Positions 54,780-64,000 of a DNA stretch of 64,000 nucleotides are shown here, piece after piece; position 1 is the stretch's first letter; the number at the start of each line of letters is the position of its first letter. This DNA is from Octopus sinensis. Taxonomy: Eukaryota. The notes beneath the pieces were generated by a model. It saw only the letters and a list, made by a program, of their open reading frames with translations, ran no database searches and was not told the DNA's origin. A program made the translations under genes and the position numbers. Location of the stretch: positions 23,994,001-24,058,000 of the forward strand of contig NC_043003.1 of assembly GCF_006345805.1 (NCBI RefSeq), read 5' to 3'.

Positions 54780-54851
<72 letters not shown>
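53790..54851 (+). mobile_element. 5'-truncated R4/Dong element with (AAT)n on both sides
   Basis: (AAT)n at 53790-53814 and 54781-54851 bracket the ORF remnant and its 3' UTR. Confidence 0.9.
53815..54593 (+). pseudogene. R4/Dong-clade ORF 3' end: CCHC zinc knuckle plus restriction-like (PD..D..K) endonuclease, uninterrupted
   Basis: CRVCQQQNETIDHFVSKC; RHDRAAQYIHW; RPDIILKD..LLIDMTVP..KLSNYKDLEIEISKMW..PVVIGALG. The start of the track ORF is only microsatellite. Confidence 0.92.
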
Positions 54852-54853
<2 letters not shown>

Positions 54854-56068
54854 GATTGGCTACAGCAAATATTCTACTCAATACCACAGATTTGCTTGTC
54901 AGTTGTTTGACCATAACCAGTTGAGCATGTCCCTTAGTGGCTGACGATATGTGCATCACTGATCATGAGCACAAGTAATTGGAGAGCATCATAGCCATGT
55001 GTTGAGAAGGATTCTTTGGGGTTTGAATAAGTCACCTCCGGAAACATTGGTGTTTCGTTCAACATTCTTAAACAATACTTATTCAGGGACCTTTTGAACG
55101 GGATGTTCTTATGTTGGGAACATGTCAAATAATGAATTACAACGTGTAACATTCCAACACAGTCATCAGGAAGAAACCACATAGTATAATTCACTGAAAC
55201 TCAATGATAGCAGAAACGGGAAAAGCCGATAAGGAATTATGTAGAAAGTGAGTAAGGATAAGAAAAACGGAAAACAAAATATAAACCCAAAGATCGTCAG
55301 AAATAATTAAAAGTGTAAAATAGTTATATCTCCTGGACCTTATATCATAAGGCTTGAAAGAATATTGACAAGTAAATAAGGTATAGGCGAAATTTACCAA
55401 TTTTGCAAAAGGATCCTAGGTATAAGTTTACCACCGCTGAAAATTTCAGCAGTGGTAAATTTATTGTGCAATAGCGAGTTAGGGATCTCAGATATGAAAA
55501 GGATCTGAGCTCTTTCAGTTTATGCATTGCTTACGTTTATTTGACCCATTAACATAAGGTAATGAGTTTTCAATTATTTTCCGCTTAACTGTACACATGA
55601 TCCAATATAGGTTTTCTTATCGGTTGTATTATCATCTAGCATTACAGTAACTTCTGTTTCATATATGACTAAGTTCCTTTGTTTGTTGCATGCTTGAAGA
55701 GATGAGGGGAATTTGCCATCAGCATCATGCGCCTGTTGTTGAGGGTCACTTTAAGTGCTTTCAGTTTCACAGGAGATGCTTATCATTAATCGGTCTTGTT
55801 AGCCCCGTCCACTCCCGAGTGAAACAATGTGCTGCAGGCGCAGGAGGACGAATACCTGGGAGCGACAATGTCATCACTTTTGATGGCCTGTCATATACAT
55901 GTAAATATATAGACACAAATACAAACACACACACATAAACACACACAAACACACACACAGACACACACACACGCACACACAGACAGACACAAACAAACAA
56001 ACACACATACACCTGCTTTTCTCGGACTATTCTTCTCCTTCACTCTAGATTTTTCCTCTTTCCAATTT

Positions 56069-56095
56069 ATGACGAAGAACCGAGCTCGAAACGTC
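56069..56095 (+). ncRNA. Decayed minimal hammerhead relic, family H6
   Basis: ATGACGA-A-GAAC(cga)GCTC-GAAA-CG-TC. C3 is mutated, stem II has one mismatch and stem I does not pair. Confidence 0.35.
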
Positions 56096-56399
56096 ACACA
56101 CGAACTCCTTTTTCCATATTAAACTTTGAGCGTGAATCTAATACATTTATTGTATACGCATTTTTGACTTTTGTTGTTTTTTCTGTTTGTGCTTTATTTT
56201 TGATTTACATAGATATATATACATATATTTATATACACATATATGCTTGTGTTGCACATAAGTATTTACGTACATATTCTCATATTCTTGTACATAAAGT
56301 ATGTATATTAAGCAATAAATTCACATTTATCCGCTTATAGGTTTACAAAGTTTCATTAATATATTTCCTCATTTACGATGTAAAGACATAAATCTTGAC

Positions 56400-56588
56400 C
56401 GAAAAGTCTTGAAATATGCCGAGCCATGCACACACACATATATACACACACTCACGCACGCACACAAACACACACATATTCACATACACGTACACACATA
56501 TATTTTATATGTCTGTATCTGTGCATAAGTATATATATCAAATATTCTACATATATATATATTCGTGTACATATATATACATATATAC

Positions 56589-56626
<38 letters not shown>

Positions 56627-57391
56627 TATATATGCAGTAAATATGCAATAAAATATTTCCTATCTAGATATTTACGACCAAATGATTTCAGTTGCCATGG
56701 AAGCTTAATATCCTATAATGCTGTAAGGAGCCAAATCATAACTGATAGCTCGTATCTCTGCATCGACCATTTTTTCCTGCAGTTTGAGGCATATTTCAAT
56801 ATTCAACAGATTCAAATAATTGAAGAAATTCGAAGGTTTAAATGTTTATTAAATTATCAAAGTCATTATATTATGCAAATATATTACCCTACGATTGTGT
56901 ATATCGTTATATATGCACCCATATCTACGTGAAAATATATATATGCATAGGCATATGTGTGTGTGTGGGGTATATATATATATATAAAGTTTACATCCAT
57001 ATGTTTCTACTTAAGTATGTGGGTATATATCTGAGGTTCTCAAATACATACGCACATACACCTCCCAGATATATACTCAGACAAGCACAAACTTATATAA
57101 TTAGAAAAAAGCCCACATATATACAAAGAAATCCTCAACTCATACAAATACATACATCCATACTAAGATATACACTAGATTATGTCGGTATGTGCATGAC
57201 TAAATACATATGCACAAACTATAATGTGCATAATGATTAACTATGTTCATATGATGCACATACATATGTGTATACACATATCTATATCTTGTATGTTCTT
57301 GTGTTTATATGTTCCCACACACATGCACGCATAGTTACACAAACGTGCGCGCATACGTACACATGAATACATGTTATCACACACACATATA

Positions 57392-57453
<62 letters not shown>

Positions 57454-58213
57454 CATAAGTATAGATATATATGTATGCATACCCCTATATGCATATACAT
57501 TCTTAACATGTACATGTACAAAGGTGTATTTCAATGGGGTAAACATGAATATTTAAATCAAAATCTTTGAGAAATTAAGCGACATATTTGGATAATAAAT
57601 ACTTGAAAATCGATAAACTGAAAAGAAAACCCTAGTAAATTAGACATGGCTGAAAATATACGTGCGTATATTAACGCATAGCGTACAACATACTAACTTT
57701 ATCTTTATATAAGTGTTTGGAAGTAAGGCGCATTATAAAATAATTTCGACATCAACTTATTTAATCATTCTTTTGTTTTCTTAGGTAATCTGTTTAACAC
57801 TAGATAAAAATATCCATTATATTCGAAATTAATACTTTTTGTGAATTTGCGAGTGCTTTTATGTGTTTCTGTTTGTGTTTTGGATGTTTTCATGTGTTTG
57901 TGCCTGTGTTTGTGTGTGTGCACGGCTGCTGGATGTGTGTGTATGCATGTGCGTGTCTGTATCTGTATATGCATGTTTGAGGTCAGGAGTGTGCGTGCAT
58001 GCATGCATTTTTGTATGTGTGTGTGTGTGTACATATATTGATTCATACACGCACCCATACAAATAAACGTTTTTTTATATATCTATTATATATTTGGACG
58101 ATATATGTATACATATATGCATGTATATATTCATGTCTAAAGATTATAAATCTCTCTCTTTCTCTCACTCTCTTGCTCTCTCTCTCTCTCTGTACATATT
58201 CACACACACCCGC

Positions 58214-58285
<72 letters not shown>

Positions 58286-58405
58286 TATATATTATATATA
58301 TATGTATGCATGTATATAATATATATATATTATATATATATACATGCATACATATATTTATACGCATACATCTGTATACTCTTCTCTCTCTCTGTATATA
58401 TATAT

Positions 58406-58439
<34 letters not shown>

Positions 58440-58620
58440 CATATAAATACATACATATATACATACATAAATGTATATGTATTCATATGTATACATATAG
58501 ATATAGATATAGGTATACACGTATGTATATGTGCATCATATGCACATAGTTATACATTATGCTCATTATAGTTTGTGCGTGTGTATTTAGACATGCACAT
58601 ACCGACATAATTTAGCGTAT
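56400..58620. repeat. Extended low-complexity TA/CA/TATG mosaic
   Basis: Visible directly. Confidence 0.9.
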
Positions 58621-59393
58621 GTCTTAGTATGGATGTATGTATTTGTATGAGGTGAGGATTTGTATGTATGTGTATGGCCTTTTTTTAAAATTATATATGT
58701 TTGTGCTTGTCTGAGTATATGTGTAATACGACCCTTGCTTTCAGCGCATATTGACTTACTGTCTGATTACGTTACGCAATCAACACTGGTAATGTAATTG
58801 GTGATTGATCTATAGAAATTCTTTGTTAATTATTCTCTCTATCGAGTCTAAACATATGATAGCCATTAAATTCGATAACGGATATTAAGAATAAAAACAA
58901 CACTACACAATACAAAGCAACATCACAAACGAACTAGAAACAGCGAATATAATATACACCTAGAACAAAATATAAAACATCTTTAAAAAATATATATGCA
59001 TTTCATTAATTTGATTTCAGTAAATAATAGAACGCAGAAGTAAATACGAAGATAAAAAGCAAAAAGAAAAAAAATGTATATAATGGATATAATAAAGATT
59101 GAGAACAAACAATTTTTGTATATTGTTTATTAGTGAAAATTTGTTTTGCTTTGCTTTCATAACGATTTGAATCGCATTAAGGTTTGTATAATTCCGCCCT
59201 TAACAATCGATTCTTTTGGTTGTGCTTTTCTTGTCCTTTCACGTCTTTTAAAAATATGGCTTCTCTGACGTTCAAACCCCCCCCCCCAAAAAAAAATCAG
59301 ATGATTTATGCACAAAACCTTCAGCCTTCACTGTCTTAGAAATACAATTATATCGCTCCACCGCCCACTAGTTCACATTTGGAATTTAGCAAG

Positions 59394-59433
<40 letters not shown>

Positions 59434-60163
59434 ATGTATATGTATTAAAACTCAATATATGTATGCTACAAGAGAAATCGCTAGTCGTGTATAGGGCGTA
59501 ATAACATTATATAATGAAAAGTTAGAATAAATAATATAATGAATTTCATTCGCTCACAAGTGTTTCTGCAATAAGATGTAATGCGCTATTTAAGTGCATT
59601 GTTTTTATAGCAGAAAGGCCTGTAAGATAATGTCGTTCATTATATAATTTCTTGTTCCATTGTTATTTATATAATGTAATGCACACACAGACACACACGC
59701 GCATAAAAACACAAACACACACAGAGATCCTAAGGTCAATTTCTGCCAAGTTCAACTCTATCTAAAGGTGCAGGCATGGCTGTGTGGTAACAAGCTTGCA
59801 TGCCAACCACATTGCTCAATCCCACTGCGTGGAACCTAAGTCAAGTGTTTTCTACTACAGCTTCGGAATGCCCAAAGCCTTGTAACTAGATTTCGTATGC
59901 GGGAATTGTAAAAAAGCCTGCCGTATATGTATGTGCGCACACGCACCTTTGTGTATGTGTGTTTTGTGTTTGTGTTTGTTCCCCCGAACTGTTGATAACC
60001 GATGTTGTTTTCTTACGTACCGCGATTCGGTAAAAAAGAAACCGAGAGAATAAGTACTGTGCTTTAAAAAAGTAGTGGCTTTGATTCATTCGTCTGAAAT
60101 TCTTCAAGGCGGTGCCCCAATATGGTCACAGTCAAAAGGCTGAAACCGGTAAGAAAATATATT

Positions 60164-60964
60164 CGAGGTCTGATCAATAAGTATCTGGATTGTTGCCATA
60201 GAAACGAAGCTAAATGATATAGAGTAAAGTCGCTTGGCAAAATTTGACATTAAACTCTGCCCTGCATGCGCAGTAAGTTTTAAAGTTCTAGCTTACTTCT
60301 GCTTTTTATAGCAGTGCTTGGTAGGGAAGGAGTGTAGTGTTTGATTGTCGGATTGACCATGACAGAGAATGTTGTCATGGCGATACTTACTCAGAGGCCG
60401 ACGCAAAGTTGCAGAAAATGTATGGAGAAGAGTGTATGAGACGCACACAAGTGTACGAGTGTTTCAGACGTTTCCAAAATGACCGAAAAAATATCGACAT
60501 TGACGAACGTTCTGGGAGAATTGCAAGCAGCAGAACCGAGTTAAACATCGCAGATATGCATGTACCTTTGAGGGAAAATCGTCGAATCACCATCCGTGAG
60601 TTATCAGAGAATGTGCAAATTAGTTACTGTTCAGTCCAGTCCATTATCATTGAAGATTTGGGTATGAATTGTGTCAAGAACGATGAAAACTTTGCTTAGA
60701 CATCTGAGCAGGTATCGCCAAGCTTTTAGCAAAATTTGATGCAGATTCTCCGCTCAACTTTATCTGTCATGTTCAATGCGAAGTTCACACGCTACACACG
60801 TTCCTTCAAAGTACTGCCGTAAACAGTGGAACTGAGCTTGAACAGTAACACTTTGTGCATATGCACAGCGGAGATCAAGGTTAATCTGTGCCAAGCGACT
60901 TTACTCTGCGAGCTTTAGCTTTGTTACTATAGCAACAGTCCGCATACTTATTGACCAGGCCCCG
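60164..60964 (+). mobile_element. Internally deleted mariner-family element with long (about 110 nt) imperfect TIRs
   Basis: cgaggtctgatcaataagtat / atacttattgaccaggccccg-TA ends. HTH region KLQKMYGEECMRRTQVYECFRRF..DERSGR..ENRRITIRELSE..IIIEDLGM; no DDD domain. Confidence 0.85.
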
Positions 60965-61309
60965 TATTTGTGCATATATATATATATGCCTGTGTGTATT
61001 CGTGTATATATATGTGTGTGTGTGTGTGTGTGCGTACGTGCCTGCATGCGTACGTATAAGGCTTAGTTCCTTTTACCAACTTCTTTGCTCTTCTTTGAAG
61101 TAGATCGTTGTGAAAGCACTTCTAAATTCACGCAAATCTTAAATGAATGTCCGAAAGACTGGATACGCCGATATGGATTTTATTTTACGTCTTTGGAATT
61201 CACACTGATACACCATAATGTTCTTCGTTTTATTTCATAGGGACCTTGTTGCTATATATGTACATATTACCAGATATCATTAAACTAGGAACCTTAAATT
61301 TACATTATT

Positions 61310-61451
61310 TACATTTGACGGATATTTATGCTCATCTTATTTGTTAACACAACGTTTCGGTTGATATACCCTCCAGCTTGCATCAGATGTCTTGGGAGAA
61401 AATGTCGATCCTGGGTTCTCATTCCCAAGGGATTTTTCGATATTATTATTA

Positions 61452-61508
<57 letters not shown>

Positions 61509-61571
61509 TCACTGTCTGGAATCGAACTCGGAATCATGGGGTTAGTAGCCTGCGCTCTTAACCCCTGCGCC
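61310..61571 (-). mobile_element. Composite SINE: tRNA-like head, (AAT)n linker and HHR (H1) module
   Basis: Head ggcgcaggggttaagagcgc..gagttcgattcc (61571-61505); (AAT)n at about 61441-61503; module homologous to 22740-22865 and 3241-3362. Confidence 0.8.
61346..61391 (-). ncRNA. Hammerhead family H1 copy with A9C core change and stem II mismatches
   Basis: GACAT-CTGATGC-A-AGCTG(gagggtatat)CAACC-GAAA-CG-TT-GTGTT. Confidence 0.5.
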
Positions 61572-62618
61572 TAGTTTTTCTAAAGTAAGGACAGAATTGC
61601 TTTTATCCTCTAAACCAAAAACCTTTAGCGAGTGTTAGATACATCTTTGTTTGTTAGGCATGCTAGAATTAAAATCCAGATATTCCGAAAATGATATACT
61701 GTTTTAAGTAACATTAGTGCATTTCCAAACAGTAATATTTCTCATTTCTTGTGGAAGGACTCCGCCACAATTGAGGTAAATGACAGACAAGTCAATTAGA
61801 AATCATTTAACGGTATTTTGGCGCTAGTTGTGTCTTAATGTGAAAGGACAGCACTTATGGTTAGTGGTAGAGAGAGAGAGAGAAGGAAGGCTCCACTCAT
61901 TGGTCTTCCTCGGAAAGGTGGCTAACATCGAAAACATACAAATGAGCGAACTCTGCTAACCAAACTCAAGAGTCAAATGATATTAAACCGAGTAACGGAT
62001 TTAATCAATTCTGTGGACTTCAGTAGCGTTTCCGTTCGAACAATTTCAATCAGAAAACTTTGATTGTTCTGAATTTATAATAGAAGACCCATGCCCAACG
62101 TGCAAAGGGGGGGGATCGAACCATGAAGTAGCATAGTGGCAAAGCTAACTCTTTAATCACCAATGTCATAAGCACTTGGTCATTTGAGATGTTGCAAATA
62201 GCAGTCAAATATCCCTTAAAACGCGCCTTATTGTTTTCCGAATAGAGGGAGGTCATGTTAATAGATTTTGTAATAGATACACACTTTGGCTATAAATTTT
62301 ATGGAATAGTCACGAATGGAAAGCTTTTGAAGATAGGGCTCCTAGTCAGGAGCTGAATCAAACAATAAAAAAAATTGTCAATGGCGTTGTGCTTAATAGG
62401 CTACGTCTAGTATGTTTAATTGCTGGTTTCGTAGGAAAAATCAGCTGACTGTAATGTTTATCTGAGAAAGTTTAAAAACTCATCAAACTTCTGATAGAAA
62501 CAGGAATTACCTTTGAAGTTTACAGGTTTGACTCCTAAGGCATTATTTTGTATAAGCATAAAAGAAACATTTAATAGAGAACGTTTTGTTTGTCCAATAC
62601 TTAATTGCTGTTATTTAG

Positions 62619-62657
<39 letters not shown>

Positions 62658-63529
62658 GTACACACATATTCAATACTAATCAGACTGACCTTTCTATAGA
62701 AAGTAGACATTGATTTGACGTGTCACAAACTTGCACTGATGAAGACAGATGGTGGTGTAGTTGGTGACACGACTTCAGTATATTATTAGTATTTAGTTTA
62801 TGGCTTAGGTGGTGGTGGGAAGCAAACCCAACCAGCACTGGTGATATTCTTACTAAAATATTAAGAGAACTATACTGAATACACTGAAACCAATTAATCA
62901 TTCTCTATACTATTGCTAACAACAAACTACTCTACTGAATATAATTATTGATTTCTTACATGGTCATACAAACACATATTGATCTCCGTGCAGATCTTGC
63001 ACGTATGCACTTACTACTTGAGTCGACCCAAGTCGAATGGCATTCAGAATTAATTTCAGTGAAATATAATCTCAGGCAAGACATAAACAGGATATCGAAA
63101 AATAAGTTATCCTTGTACTACTCTACAATTAACTTTAAACCCAGAACATAGAGGAATGCAATGACAAACTGCATGTTGCTTAGTTATGTCAGCAGTAGTT
63201 TCTGCTGACTAACTACATGTGAACAATAATTTTTTTAACTGTCTGTAACTTTTCATTTTTCAGAGAGACTTTGATCGATGAAATCGATACCAGTATTTCA
63301 CTAATATTTATTTTACTGACACCAGCTTTTATGGTGGATGAGCCGAGTTTAACCAGGTGGTAATTGAACAAAAATCATTAGATGACTCAAGTAAATATCA
63401 CGCAGCATTTAAACCGGTACACATCTGTTTTTTATAACGTAGCCTCCCTGCTTGATGTTGTTCAATGTTAAATACCAGCTTACACATTGCGTTGTGTGTG
63501 CAACATTACCCATTGACCTTCTCCATTTG

Positions 63530-63936
63530 ATACTCTTTTTCTTAGCTGTTTCAGTCATTTGATTGTGGTCATGCTGGAGCACCGCCTTTAGTCGAGCAAA
63601 TCTACCCCAGGACTTATTCTTTGTAAGCCTAGTACTTATTCTATCGGTCTCATGTGCCGAACCACTAAGTTACGAGGACGTAAACACACCACCATCAAGC
63701 GATGTTGGTGGAAGTGAAAAACACAGACACACAAACACACATACGCGCATACATATATAGATATACATATATATACGACGGGCTTCTTTCAGTTTCCGTC
63801 TACCAAATCCACTTACAAGGGTTTGGTCGGCCCGAGGCTACAGTAGAAGACACTTGCCCAAGGTGCCACACAGTGGGACTGAACCCGGAACCATGTGGTT
63901 CGTAAGCAAGCAACTTACCACACAGCCACTCCTGCG
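63530..63936 (-). mobile_element. SINE family A
   Basis: Reverse complement of the 21668 element. Confidence 0.9.
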
Positions 63937-64000
63937 TTAATACATAAATTGAAGAAAATTTCGCAGCATAATTTGCAAGGTGGTTTAGACAGGCAAGTGA

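Overview
AT-rich eukaryotic genomic DNA that is almost entirely repeat-derived. The SINE families and microsatellite load look like an octopus (coleoid cephalopod) genome; this is inferred from recall of the repeat families, not from a database search. No host protein-coding gene could be identified, and most ORFs in the supplied track are microsatellite artefacts. The recognisable coding relics all belong to transposons: R4/Dong-type REL LINEs, a Tx1-like LINE, RTE and CR1 fragments, two deleted mariners and several decayed Penelope-like element (PLE) ORFs (RT and GIY-YIG). The main signal the ORF track misses is RNA structure. At least six unrelated sequence families carry a type I hammerhead ribozyme (HHR) of the PLE kind: CUGANGA core, stem II, GAAA, a palindromic stem III, then NUH. 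One family is fused behind a tRNA-like Pol III head and an (AAT)n linker. Two others form divergent foldbacks bordered by (TA)n tracts. Secondary findings are microsatellite-associated LINE insertions ((AAT)n and (GATA)n), a SINE tail shared with the Tx1-like LINE 3' end, and structured SINE multimers. Coordinates of decayed repeats are approximate.
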